From assembly GCA_000004985.1 (NCBI GenBank), contig GG738889.1: a stretch of DNA of 64,000 nucleotides; one strand, written 5' to 3'. Both the position numbers and the translations under genes were made by a program. Positions 1-10,064 of the stretch are shown here, piece by piece (position 1 is the stretch's first letter; every line of letters begins with the position of its first letter). Below the pieces are notes generated by a model, which did not search any database, was not told the origin of the DNA, and worked only from the letters and a program-made list of their open reading frames with translations. The stretch comes from Naegleria gruberi (Eukaryota).

Positions 1-398
1 ATAACATGAAGGCTGAGTTTCTGCAGAAGGGTCACGGAAGGGTTATGGATGTCACTGACGCCAAGGACTTCTTCAATCATGTTAAGGATAACAAATTCTG
101 TGTAGTTTTATTCACTCGTCCAAGCAATGAATACTGTGATATTGTGTTGAGCCATTTGCAAAAGATTGCCCAAAAGCACTTGGAAACCTTATTCATTAAA
201 GTAGATGGTGAAAAGTGTCCAATCGTTGTGGAACATTTACAAATCTGGATGATGCCAACTGTTGTTTGTATTAAGAATGGAAGAACTGATAACTCGATAG
301 TGGGCTTGGATGAATTAGGAGGATCCAATTTCACAACACCAACTCTTAGAAAGATGTTATTAGGTTTTGGTGTTATCGAAAGAGAAGAAGACGAATAA
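1..398 (+). CDS. TXNDC9: Thioredoxin-domain protein 9 / phosducin-like protein 3 (TXNDC9/Plp1 family). It is 5'-partial; the ORF runs off the window start.
   Basis: The ORF is open to base 1. The thioredoxin-like block 'HLETLFIKVDGEKCPIVVEHLQIWMMPTVVCIKNGRTDNSIVGLDELGG..FTT' closely matches the conserved TXNDC9/PhLP3 C-terminal region, and the acidic tail EREEDE is typical. Confidence 0.75.
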   Translation, partial: NMKAEFLQKGHGRVMDVTDAKDFFNHVKDNKFCVVLFTRPSNEYCDIVLSHLQKIAQKHLETLFIKVDGEKCPIVVEHLQIWMMPTVVCIKNGRTDNSIVGLDELGGSNFTTPTLRKMLLGFGVIEREEDE

Positions 399-571
399 TT
401 CAAAAACGTATTAAATTAATTTATTGTAAATATTTCCTTCTTTTGAGATTAATTCAGAATACAGTGTTATGACACTGATGAATTACCAAATCTCGAGATA
501 AACATCCACAATCAGAATTCTTTACAACCTTAACATACCAAGAAATTCACACATAATGTAAATTACCTGAT

Positions 572-1003
572 TCAATTGTGTTTGAATTTTTGAAAAGCTC
601 TCCAATTCAAATAGATTGCCAAAATTACAACAGGAATAGTCATTGGTAACACTAATTTCCAATATTCATCCTCATAGAACCACCATTTCAATAGAGATAA
701 TAAAGAATTTACATTACTATCATCATTATGTCCAATTAGTATCGGAATGGCACTTGGAAAAATCAAATTCAAATAACTCATCCAAAAGAATACGAGTAAA
801 ATCAGTGGGATAACAATCAGCAGCAATCCGTACAATATTAATTCATATTTTGTTAAATCTTTTCCCTTTCCAATATCTTTAAAATTGGTTTTATAATGTT
901 TCCGAAAATTGCCATAATCAAAACTTCCCGATCGTGCTCTAAAGTATCGGGATTCAATATTTTGAAGTGATGATGAAGATTCCATGGATGATGGTGCTGA
1001 CAT
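572..1003 (-). CDS. Small two-TM membrane protein, possibly a PIG-P (GPI-GlcNAc transferase subunit P)-like protein.
   Basis: 143-aa ORF with two hydrophobic helices (YELILYGLLLIVIPLILLVFFW and EYWKLVLPMTIPVVILAIYLNW). Their spacing and the Y/W-rich loop resemble PIG-P/Gpi19. This is recalled similarity only. Confidence 0.3.
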   Translation of the reverse strand: MSAPSSMESSSSLQNIESRYFRARSGSFDYGNFRKHYKTNFKDIGKGKDLTKYELILYGLLLIVIPLILLVFFWMSYLNLIFPSAIPILIGHNDDSNVNSLLSLLKWWFYEDEYWKLVLPMTIPVVILAIYLNWRAFQKFKHN

Positions 1004-1110
1004 TTTTTTGGGTGATAAAATTGTAAAATATGAAATTCAAATGGATCACAATATGTTTCAATATGAATAATAAATTAAAGGTTTATAATTGTCAAAACTG
1101 TGAAATATCT

Positions 1111-2625
1111 CTACTTTTGTTGCTCACTGTCCTTGTATAATTGATAGCCAGCAGAAGCTCCTGTTTTAGCAGCACTGAATGCTCCTTTTCCAATTGCTAA
1201 GAATCCTTTAGCAACCTTCTTTTGCATGTCCTTGTCATTGGCAGCTTTATGAATTGCGTTACCAACAGCTTTTTGGACTTTTTCATTACCTGCAGTGTTT
1301 GCAATTGCATTACCGATACCACTTTGAACTGTCTTGTTGGTAGCAAGAGTTTGGATCAACACATTATCAGTATTTGATGCAATTGTTGTTCCAATTGTGG
1401 ATTGAACTTTTTCATTTTTGGCAGCATTTGACACTCCAGAACCAACTTTTCTTTGGACTTGCTCATTTTGTGCCAAATTTCCAACTTGTCTTCCAACATA
1501 TTCTTGAACTTGATCGTTATTGGCAACTCTTTCCAATCCATTATTATAAGCATTTTGAACATAATTTCCTGATTGAGTTGATACTTGATATTGTGGCTGT
1601 TGCTGTTGTTGATGTTGTTGTTGATATTGTTGTTGATAATGTTGTTGGAATGATCGATATTGTGGTGGTACAGAATAGTTTGGTTCATAATTTTGATAAG
1701 TGGTAGGTTGTGGATAAATTGGTTGAGATGGTTGTTGTGAAATTTTTGGTGGTTGTTGATATATTGGTTGTGATTGTGGTTGATAGGAAGGATAATTTCC
1801 TTGATACATTGGTTGTTGATATTGTTGTTGAGAAAAGTTCGAACTAATTTGTTGTTTCATCATTCTAGCTTGTTTTGGACTAATTAAATGGTAGACACTG
1901 TTTGGAGTATTTGGAGATTCATGTTCAATTATTCCAGGAAGTAATCTGACATAGTGAATTGTTCTAGAATTGTTTTTTGAGCGTTGTGCAATCATGGTTG
2001 GAGTTTTGTAAAGAGTATTTGGATCTTTACATCTGACTGCAACTGAAAATCTCTTATTTAAATCTTTTGCAGAAACTGGTCTAGGTAATTTTTCAAGTGT
2101 ACTTGTTGTTTCATGAACTGGCATAATTGGTTGAATGACAGATTTTCTTCTATCAGAATCATTTTTTGGAGAAGATGAAGCAGAGTTGGATGTTGGAATT
2201 TGAAAAGTAACAGGTTTAACTGGCTTACTTGTTGGTTGTGGAATCACAGGACTTGACACTTCATATAATTCAGACAGTTGACCTCTCAATTTTTCAATTT
2301 CTTGTTTAACTAGATCACACTTTTGAAAATTATAATCATATTCTGTTTTAGTCTTTTCAAAATCTTCAGCTTCTTCATCAAAATCAGCATGGGTTGGTAT
2401 TTTCTTTACAACAAGAATTAAATATTGTATCAATGCCTTGTACATTCCTTCTAAATCTTGTGATTCTCTGAATAGTTTAGCTTCCTTTAGTAAATTCTTT
2501 GCCGTTTCAAAGTAAATTTCCAATGGAGTATCATCATCAATTTCAATCATTTGTTCAATGGCTGCTTTATTCAAATCCTCGAGGGATGAATAGAGCAATC
2601 GTTGATTGGTAGGTGTATTAGACAT
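1111..2625 (-). CDS. Protein with a USP8-dimerisation/MIT-like N-terminal helical domain, a Q/Y/P-rich prion-like middle and C-terminal 17-residue tandem repeats. No catalytic domain is present.
   Basis: 504-aa ORF. The N-terminus '..AKLFRESQDLEGMYKALIQYLILVVKKIPTHADFD' resembles the USP8/AMSH N-terminal dimerisation domain. Residues ~255-340 are QQYQQP/YQ rich. Residues ~355-480 show repeats 'NEKVQxxVGxxxxNxAx' (LEA/CsbD-like). Confidence 0.6.
   Translation of the reverse strand: MSNTPTNQRLLYSSLEDLNKAAIEQMIEIDDDTPLEIYFETAKNLLKEAKLFRESQDLEGMYKALIQYLILVVKKIPTHADFDEEAEDFEKTKTEYDYNFQKCDLVKQEIEKLRGQLSELYEVSSPVIPQPTSKPVKPVTFQIPTSNSASSSPKNDSDRRKSVIQPIMPVHETTSTLEKLPRPVSAKDLNKRFSVAVRCKDPNTLYKTPTMIAQRSKNNSRTIHYVRLLPGIIEHESPNTPNSVYHLISPKQARMMKQQISSNFSQQQYQQPMYQGNYPSYQPQSQPIYQQPPKISQQPSQPIYPQPTTYQNYEPNYSVPPQYRSFQQHYQQQYQQQHQQQQQPQYQVSTQSGNYVQNAYNNGLERVANNDQVQEYVGRQVGNLAQNEQVQRKVGSGVSNAAKNEKVQSTIGTTIASNTDNVLIQTLATNKTVQSGIGNAIANTAGNEKVQKAVGNAIHKAANDKDMQKKVAKGFLAIGKGAFSAAKTGASAGYQLYKDSEQQK
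1188..1563 (-). repeat. In-frame tandem 51-bp coding repeats (17-aa units, about 6 copies) inside CDS 1111..2625.
   Basis: Protein-level periodicity: NDQVQEYVGRQVGNLAQ / NEQVQRKVGSGVSNAAK / NEKVQSTIGTTIASNTD / NEKVQKAVGNAIHKAAN. DNA shows recurring 'aatgaaaaagtccaaa'-type units on the minus strand. Confidence 0.6.
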
Positions 2626-2639
2626 TCGGAATGATGATT

Positions 2640-2880
2640 TTAATTATTTAATAATTTAATAAATTGAATATATATATTATTACTACTATTATATGTTCTG
2701 CTATGGAGTAGTAGTTGATCAACAAATAGCCTATTGATGTTTTTATACTACTTCTAAAATTACAAAATTACAATTTATAGACAAAATACTACTACTACTC
2801 GTATTATTACTACTATATTGTTGTTAAAATAATTATTACTATTAAAAACTATTTAAAAAACTATTACAATAATATCAAAT
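2640..2880. repeat. AT-rich simple-sequence / low-complexity tract (tac/tat/att-rich) in the intergenic region upstream of CDS 1111..2625.
   Basis: Runs such as 'tactactactactcgtattattactactat' and 'ttactactattatatg'. No ORF. Confidence 0.4.
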
Positions 2881-3220
2881 GGTGATGACCCAAAAATCAA
2901 AGAGAGGAAAAAAAAGGCTTTTTTGAGATTTTTCAAAGGCTTGCTTGATCAACAACCGAGTTCTATTTGTTTTCCTTGAGGAATTTAAAAATTATCTTCC
3001 AGTTTGCGCTGAAGTTTTTTTGGCTCTTCGGAGAACGTTTGAAAAATCTGAGACGAATAGGAACTTTAGATTTGCAGCACAAATCTCATGCTTATTGTTT
3101 AGTAATAGAAGGAATATTTGGGTAATAGAGGAAGGTAAATGTGTTGGTTTATTGAGGGTTCATTTGTGAAATATGTTCATGATTTCCAAATTCGAAAGTC
3201 CAGAAAGTTTCTGATATTCA

Positions 3221-4393
3221 TTATTGAAGGGAAGAATTGATAATTTTCCAAATTTGATCTCTCTTATCGAAATCTCTTTCAATTCCCATAAAGTTTGTTA
3301 TCAAATCACCGTGGAAGAATTGCTCCAATGGATGAAGTTGAATGACAGAGTTTGGACACAGTGCAGATAATTCCTGATGGAAAACTTGAGATTGAATCCA
3401 TGGACATGTTACATCCTTTTTTCCATGAGCAATTGAAGTGGATGGCCATTTACTGACAGATTCTGGATTGGCCACATTATTCGAACGAATGATTAAGGTT
3501 GGTGAAAAGAGAGGGAATCTATGAGTGCCTTTACAAATCTTCCACATTGGTGAAATATCATGAACCTTTCTTGTCTTTTCGTATTCGTAGTGAGTGGCCA
3601 TATCATAAACTCCACAAAGGAGAACTAATTTTTTAACTTGTTCAAGTTTCCAATTCGTCTTTTCAAAATTGAAATTATTGTAAATCTTATTAAGTGAAAT
3701 GAGTGAAAATAAATGAGCTCCAGCACTGTGTCCAACAAGAATAATTTCTGGATTATCCATTTTTTCATTCACACGTTCAATAACATAATTAACACCCCTA
3801 TCTACATCCTCAATCATTTCCTCCAAATGAACTTGTGGAAATAAACTATAATTCAAATTATAACATGCATGATTCTTTTGTCCAGATACGAAACTAGCAA
3901 ATCGATGATACAAATCAGCAGATCCACTATGCCACGTTCCACCATGCAAGAATATATAAACTCTATTACTTTGATCTGGTTTAAATGGAATATACTCATG
4001 CACAGTTTGTCTCCTTCTCTGATTGGCATATCTAATTCCATAATTCAAATAGAAATTCTTCTCATGATCCTTTCCATAGAGAAATCTCTTTAATTTTCTC
4101 ACCACTTGTCCAAAACCTTTCAATAGCCAATATTTCAATCGATTTTTCTTTTCATCATGATCATGATATTCATCAATATGGGAAATTAAATTGAGTTCAT
4201 TCCTCAAAAACCACGGAATGTGCATCACTTGATACCAAACAATGTCCAGCAAAACAAGACCCTCACAAAACTTTTGATTGAACCATCCTTTCCATGTTGA
4301 AGATGGAGAAGAAGAGGATACAGATGAATTGCTTGGTTGTGAAGAGGACATTTTTTTTGTGTTTTTTTTGCAACTCCGATATTCAGATTGCAT
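3221..4393 (-). CDS. Alpha/beta-hydrolase fold-3 esterase (isoprenylcysteine methylesterase / kynurenine formamidase-like) with an N-terminal hydrophobic segment.
   Basis: Oxyanion-hole motif 'FLHGGTWHSGS' and nucleophile elbow 'VGHSAGAHL' (GxSxG) are present, with a downstream His-containing block 'IAHGKKD'. This architecture matches the Abhydrolase_3 family (AFMID / ICME). Confidence 0.7.
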   Translation of the reverse strand: MQSEYRSCKKNTKKMSSSQPSNSSVSSSSPSSTWKGWFNQKFCEGLVLLDIVWYQVMHIPWFLRNELNLISHIDEYHDHDEKKNRLKYWLLKGFGQVVRKLKRFLYGKDHEKNFYLNYGIRYANQRRRQTVHEYIPFKPDQSNRVYIFLHGGTWHSGSADLYHRFASFVSGQKNHACYNLNYSLFPQVHLEEMIEDVDRGVNYVIERVNEKMDNPEIILVGHSAGAHLFSLISLNKIYNNFNFEKTNWKLEQVKKLVLLCGVYDMATHYEYEKTRKVHDISPMWKICKGTHRFPLFSPTLIIRSNNVANPESVSKWPSTSIAHGKKDVTCPWIQSQVFHQELSALCPNSVIQLHPLEQFFHGDLITNFMGIERDFDKRDQIWKIINSSLQ

Positions 4394-4855
4394 GTTTTTA
4401 ACAGCTGCTTTCGGAAGGACTACGAGGATTCAGGGATTTAATTAAGTATTCAATTTAGAGTCGAGCCATTTAAGATATTGAACCAATTGTAAAGTGAAGA
4501 GGAGAGAAATACATTTGACATTTTTCATTTTGACCGAATTGTTGTAAAAGATATTATCTAAAAAACTATTGACCCTTTTCAACTGGTAGGAAAATGTTTT
4601 ATTTAGATAACGAAATTGAATCTTTCAATGCTCAATTTGAAAAATTCCATTGTAATCTGTTCAGCATCTTTGTATTTAGAAAAATTCGTAAAAAAAAATG
4701 TGAGTAAAAAGTGGAGGGAATTTTTTTGATCATCATTAATTTTTAAAATATTTCCTTGTCATCACGATAACGTTGATCCGAACCAAAAATATTCCGATAA
4801 ATATTATTCCGATGATGATGAATATTATTATTTTTCTTTTGGAGAGAAGAAACAA

Positions 4856-6480
4856 ATGTCTTCAATAGAATTTGATTCATTGACAAGTGGAAAGTCAGTA
4901 TTAGAAAGAGCCAAATATATTCCAATTCGTTTGACATTTGAGGAGAGAAAGAAATTGAGATTGTTGGAAGCTACTTTGACTGTTAGTGAATATACTGATA
5001 AAATTGATACTATTAGAACATTTGGAAAGTTGAAGAGAATTAAAGAACAATGTGAGGAAATTTGTGCAATTTTGTGTGGTTTGATGGTTGCTGCTGATTA
5101 TCAAAAAGGTCAAGAATTGATCGCCAATAAGAACTTTCAAGATAATGAAGAATTTTTCCAAGATGTGTAAGTGTTCAATATTTGTAATGTGACAAGTCAA
5201 CTTTGTGAATAGATTTGAAATTGGAAGACGTTACAAGATTATGAATCCTGAAAAGATGAGAGGAACCTATGGTAAACTCTGTTATATTATTCAAGACAGT
5301 CAACAACCTGAAGTTCAAGAAATGTTAGGATTTAAACTTGATAGACCTGTCAAGACTGTTCATTGGTTCTTGGAACAACATGATGCTCTTGAAATTCTTG
5401 AGGATAAAGATATTGACACTGCCACAAATGAAATTTTTGCAAATGGAAAGACAAGAATGCAAGTTGAAGAAGAAATTAAAATGAAGGAAAAGGCAGCCAA
5501 GAGAATTTGTAAAGTTTACTCTGAGTCATGTGAAATGGAAGAAGAAGATATTGAAAAATGTCTTTACTCAATTGGTGATAGTAGTGCATATCTTAGACAA
5601 GCCGTATATCCAGTTGAAACCATCCTCTCCTTCTTGCTGAATAATTTCAAGCGTGATGATTATGAAGATGGTCACTCATTGGCTATTATGGCAGGCCATG
5701 AAGGTGCTCGTTTATCTCACAATCATGCCATTCAATTTGATTTCGTCTATCAAACTCTTACATTGTGGAAAAATGTTGGAAGAGATATGTTTGAATTGTG
5801 GTTCTTAGCTGAAAGAGATTTGTTCTCATCTACACATACCTATTCCTTAAGAAATACTGGTCAAGGTCTCAACAGAGTTCAATACTGTCCAAATGTTAGA
5901 AGAGCAATGGAAAAGTTGTTATCTCAAACACAGAATAGCACCTCTTCTTGGGTAGGAAGTTCAGTTATTCACTTGGGTGATGATGCTGTTCCTAACAGTT
6001 TAATGTTTATTGACAAGTATACTCAAATTTCAAGAATTTTGAATGTATGTATTTTCACTTATTATTTACAAACTTTTGAATTAGCCAATCATTCAAACAA
6101 TTACAGAAATTGATAACTATATGATTAAGGATCAAAACTTGAAAGAATATATCAATACTACATTTGGAGGTCCAGAGGAAGCAAAGATGACAATTTTGAT
6201 CGATCTTTTTAGACATGGATTTGACGGGTAAGTTATGTGGTTTTCATAATTACTAATTTGTTTCATTATTAAGATCGGGTGCTGATAACTTTTTCATGGC
6301 TGGCTCTTGTATAGATGGTAGATTGACAAGTGCTTGGAATTTCTGTTCAAAGGTTAGTATCTTTCTAATTTCTCGTATTCTTATTCAAAATTATCTTAGA
6401 TCAATAAGAAGAATTATTTCCCTCTCTTCCTTTTGGGAGGCTTCATTGGTTTCGATGGTGGTTCAGGTTTTGACAGATAA
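4856..6480 (+). CDS. Conserved eukaryotic protein of unknown function with five exons.
   Basis: Exons 4856..5166, 5213..6044, 6085..6227, 6274..6352 and 6400..6480. The introns are 46, 40, 46 and 47 bp, all GT..AG (gtaagt/gtatgt/gttagt donors). Splicing joins three separate ORF-track ORFs in frame; the 5205 ORF 'M' is a GTG, not a start. No recognisable catalytic motif. Confidence 0.6.
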
Positions 6481-6580
6481 ATCATTTCATAACACCTTTG
6501 AATCAATTTTTTGTAACTTATATTAAATTACTTATTACTTGAATTATTTATGGATTAAGAAGTGTTATTTTACAACACGT

Positions 6581-9133
6581 TTATTGGAAAAAATCTCCAT
6601 TATCCTCGAACATGTCTTCTTGGTTTACGTTATAATTATTGTCGATAGGGGTTTGAGAAATCTCTGTACTTTCTTCTCGAATTACGCTAAACATCCATAC
6701 ATAACCAAAAACAGTGCCATTATTCTCTGTAACTTTCTGTCCATAACAATTCATTTTCAGTCTCGAGTCATAAATTTGAGAAGAATTCATAGAATGTTCA
6801 TCAGGTGACATTTGCGCCTCCAACTTGTCAGGGAAATCCATAAGCACTGAATTTGACAAAATCTCCATAATGGTTCCTTTCATTTCTGGAATATCATACA
6901 CTCTTCTACCAAAGAAATTCTTTCTATGATTGTTAAACAATGCATCAAATCTTTCATTATTCCATAAAATATATCCTTGCTTATCGTAAAAACATGTTGG
7001 TTGTTTCGAACCAAAGAGTCTCTCCAGAATCTTAAGGAACATGTCTTGGAAAGTTTGCGGACTATCATTAATAAGGGATTCTCTTGAAATGTGACTCATG
7101 TCATAATCTGAAACTGTATGATTAAGCTGAGAAGGTAGTACAATGTCAGTGTGATTCTCTTCAATATTGGTTGATTTCATATTTGGATTGGATAATCTGA
7201 TTACAATCCATTGAGGAAGTCCCATTTCATTTCTTATGCAACAAAACTCTGTCGAAAGAGGTGCACATTTTCCATTTCTATTAACAAATTTGATACTATG
7301 TTTGCATGAATCCGAGTTTGTACTTAGCATTTGTAACAGGAGAATATCATGTTTTATGATATCTTGTGGATGTAAATAATTTTGTAAATTTGATCTAAAC
7401 TCGATATCATTGACAGAATCAAATCCAAGCATATCTTTCATAGCCTCGTTGACTTTAACAACAAAACCATCTAATAAAGTCACCATACTTGGTATTGTAT
7501 GATTTGTAATAGAGGTGTCATCACTTAAAATATCAATAATAGATCCAATAATAGATGTCTTTTTTCTATTATTAATAATTTGTAATCTAGAACTAGATTG
7601 ACTGATTGGTACCTTTTGTACTTTTTTACCTTTTGATTTATCACCATAGTAACAACCTTTTGGTTTTTGTTGAAGAGTAGGTAAAGGATATGGAGTAGAA
7701 AATTCAGAGTGTTGAATAGTATTAGTAAACTGAGGAATATCTTGCCATGTTTCCATTTCGTCAGTACCAAGAAAATTATCTGTTGAAGGTGTTAATTTTG
7801 GCATTAATAAACTAGTAATATCAGTAGGAATATTGTTAATAAAATTAGTTGACATTGGAATAGGTATTGAAGATAGAGAAGGATTAGATGTTGACATTGG
7901 TAAAGGAAGAGAGGATGGTTGTGTGGTAGGAGGTAAAATTGGATGATTTTCTTTTGATGTGTTGATATTGTTTGTACTTGCTGGTTCGGAAATATCTTCA
8001 CTAGATGATGCTTTTGAAGATCTTCCTGATGCAGCTTCTTGGAGTTTCTTTGTTGTTTTTCGTTGTTTTGTCTTTAACTCTGTGCCACCTATAGAGTTTG
8101 AAGATGATGTTTTCTTTTGTAATGAAGATGGAGGTGGTGGAGGATACGATGTTGGTGGGGTTGCTGTTGATGTTTTTGATGAAGAGTTAGGAATAGATGA
8201 GGCACTGCTGCTATTAGTTTGCTTTACATCCTTTGTAGTGGTAGTATTATTGGCATTATTACTATTCCCAGTTGCTATTATAGAGGATGATGAGCTTGAG
8301 GCAGGTATACTACTAGTTGTTACTTGTTGTGTTGATGAAGAAGCAGCAACTGTACTTGAAGTTGTCATAGCAGAGGCATTAGCAGTTGCAGCTTGGGCAG
8401 CTTGTGCGCTCCTTCTCTTCTTTTTCTTATCTTGCTCCAGCTTCAAGTGAAATATAAACTCTTCTTGTGGTCCTCTCTTTTTTCCACATCTCATCTTTCT
8501 CTTCTTCTTCTCCACCAAGTTATACTTTTGAGCTAAAATGTCTGAAGGAACATTCGACATATCATCTTCTTGTTGGATAACAGTCGGACTGCTAGGTCTT
8601 GGGGGTGGAGATGGTGATCTTGTTGGAGAAGAGGATCTGTTACTTGATCGATTAGAAGTATTAGCAGCTGCTGTTGCTATCGATGATGATGTTGGATGAG
8701 AATTATTAGAAGAAGAAGGTGGAGGAGGAGTAAGAAGCATATTCGAGACATGAGGTTGTTGCATACCTCCAGAAAACATTTGTAACATTTTCATCATCAT
8801 CATTGGATCAACTGGAGGAGCACCATTATTTTGATTTGTTGTGGTACTGCTTCCTTGATTATTATTACTTCCATTATTATTCATTTGCATATATTGTTGT
8901 AACATTTGCATCATTAACATGGGATCTTCACCCGTACCTAGAGGATTGGGTATCATAGAATTGTTATTATTATTATTATTGTTTGTGCTGCTCATCTCCT
9001 CTAAAATATGATAATTTGAGGATGGTTGTTGGGTTGATACGGAGGGTTGTGTATTGATTATGGAGGAGGAAGGAGATGTTAAACTAGAGGTGGATTTGTT
9101 CTTTGTTTTGGAGTTTGATGATGATAACTTCAT
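6581..9133 (-). CDS. PAS-domain-containing protein with a long N-terminal S/T/N/Q/P-rich low-complexity region.
   Basis: 850-aa intronless ORF. The C-terminal half contains two PAS-like folds, e.g. 'TLLDGFVVKVNEAMKDMLGFDSVNDIEFRSNLQNYLHPQDI...IKFVNRNGKCAPLSTEFCCIRNEMGLPQWIVIRL'. The N-terminal half has poly-N, poly-S/T/P runs and a basic cluster 'KKKRKMRCGKKRG'. Confidence 0.6.
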   Translation of the reverse strand: MKLSSSNSKTKNKSTSSLTSPSSSIINTQPSVSTQQPSSNYHILEEMSSTNNNNNNNNSMIPNPLGTGEDPMLMMQMLQQYMQMNNNGSNNNQGSSTTTNQNNGAPPVDPMMMMKMLQMFSGGMQQPHVSNMLLTPPPPSSSNNSHPTSSSIATAAANTSNRSSNRSSSPTRSPSPPPRPSSPTVIQQEDDMSNVPSDILAQKYNLVEKKKRKMRCGKKRGPQEEFIFHLKLEQDKKKKRRSAQAAQAATANASAMTTSSTVAASSSTQQVTTSSIPASSSSSSIIATGNSNNANNTTTTKDVKQTNSSSASSIPNSSSKTSTATPPTSYPPPPPSSLQKKTSSSNSIGGTELKTKQRKTTKKLQEAASGRSSKASSSEDISEPASTNNINTSKENHPILPPTTQPSSLPLPMSTSNPSLSSIPIPMSTNFINNIPTDITSLLMPKLTPSTDNFLGTDEMETWQDIPQFTNTIQHSEFSTPYPLPTLQQKPKGCYYGDKSKGKKVQKVPISQSSSRLQIINNRKKTSIIGSIIDILSDDTSITNHTIPSMVTLLDGFVVKVNEAMKDMLGFDSVNDIEFRSNLQNYLHPQDIIKHDILLLQMLSTNSDSCKHSIKFVNRNGKCAPLSTEFCCIRNEMGLPQWIVIRLSNPNMKSTNIEENHTDIVLPSQLNHTVSDYDMSHISRESLINDSPQTFQDMFLKILERLFGSKQPTCFYDKQGYILWNNERFDALFNNHRKNFFGRRVYDIPEMKGTIMEILSNSVLMDFPDKLEAQMSPDEHSMNSSQIYDSRLKMNCYGQKVTENNGTVFGYVWMFSVIREESTEISQTPIDNNYNVNQEDMFEDNGDFFQ

Positions 9134-10064
9134 CTAACACAAAAAGTCTAAATTTGATGTTTTTAAAACTAAAATTCTCTCTTGTCGATACTAGACAGTG
9201 GTAAGAGATAGATCCAAAAACTTTCCAAACAACAAAATTGGTACAATTACTGCACCAAAAGATCTTATTAATTTAGAATAATACTAGTGTTGATAAAAAT
9301 CAAGTATGTGTTGCAGCTGATTAAATTTCCACTTTTTCAAAATCAGCACACAATATTGTTGTTGATGTAATATATTACTATTACGATAGCCTCAAGAGCC
9401 GATAAGACCGTCGTCTTCCACAAAGAATTTCTAAAATTCCGTTTGTTTTCTTGATGTCTTCGTCTTCGACTTGTTTGGTGGTGGCCGAGAGGAGAATTTG
9501 ATGGGTGTTGATATTTTTTCTGGATAGTGAAAAGAAGAACATTGAAATGGAGAAAGAAAACAATTGTCATCATCACCATCGACTTGTTGTTGTTGTTGAT
9601 GGGATTGTAGATTATGAAAATACTCAAGGTAAACATGCATATGATAGAGAGAATGTACTCGGGGTGACTGGTTGAGTCATGACATTCTAGCTGAATTGAG
9701 TATTTGCAATACACAAAATTGGCATGCTTCGTTTTTGGAATTATACAGTAAAATTGAAATGATAACAACACTTCACTATTATGTATGCGAATTAAATATT
9801 CATACTTCCTCTCAGCTAGTGAATAATAAATAGTGTTGTCAAGATGAAAGGACCACAAACAATCTCACTACACAACAATCGAACAATACTTGAAGGTCAA
9901 AATTCAACATTCATTATGAATATTCCTCTTCCTTAATGGATGCAAAAATCAAAAAGGTAGACCGGTGGATAAGGTTATGGAAGGATTTTATGACTTATTT
10001 GGATGTTATTACAGGAGGGATTAGAATCCAAGTGAGGAGGTTGATGAACCTTAAAGAATCTGCG

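Noticed and set aside
1356-1706. ORFs 1356..1688 (-) and 1374..1706 (+) nested in the repeat/Q-rich part of CDS 1111..2625.
   Set aside because: These are alternative-frame and antisense readings of repetitive low-complexity coding sequence (poly-N/I/V translations). The main 504-aa frame carries the meaningful repeats.
3853-4093. Short ORFs 3853..4041 (-) and 3869..4093 (+) inside the alpha/beta-hydrolase gene.
   Set aside because: They are off-frame/antisense within a CDS that has clear catalytic motifs in its own frame.
5205-5213. Apparent ATG-less 'M' starts in the ORF track (e.g. GTG at 5205, TTG at the 27266-frame start, GTG at the 24555-frame start).
   Set aside because: The track evidently accepts GTG/TTG as starts. 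In each case the frame is open upstream and is explained by an exon junction (or the frameshift), not by a real initiation codon.
7959-8450. 163-aa plus-strand ORF antisense to the S/T-rich region of the PAS-protein gene. ORFs 6539..6808, 6880..7068, 7525..7770 and 7804..8001 are similar.
   Set aside because: Their low-complexity compositions mirror the minus-strand S/T/N codons. They are fully contained in a much longer, motif-bearing ORF.
9343-9858. 171-aa minus ORF and nested small ORFs in the 9134..10064 interval.
   Set aside because: Low-complexity composition, no motif, and no splice-consistent structure. Treated as intergenic, though flagged as a gap worth an expression check.
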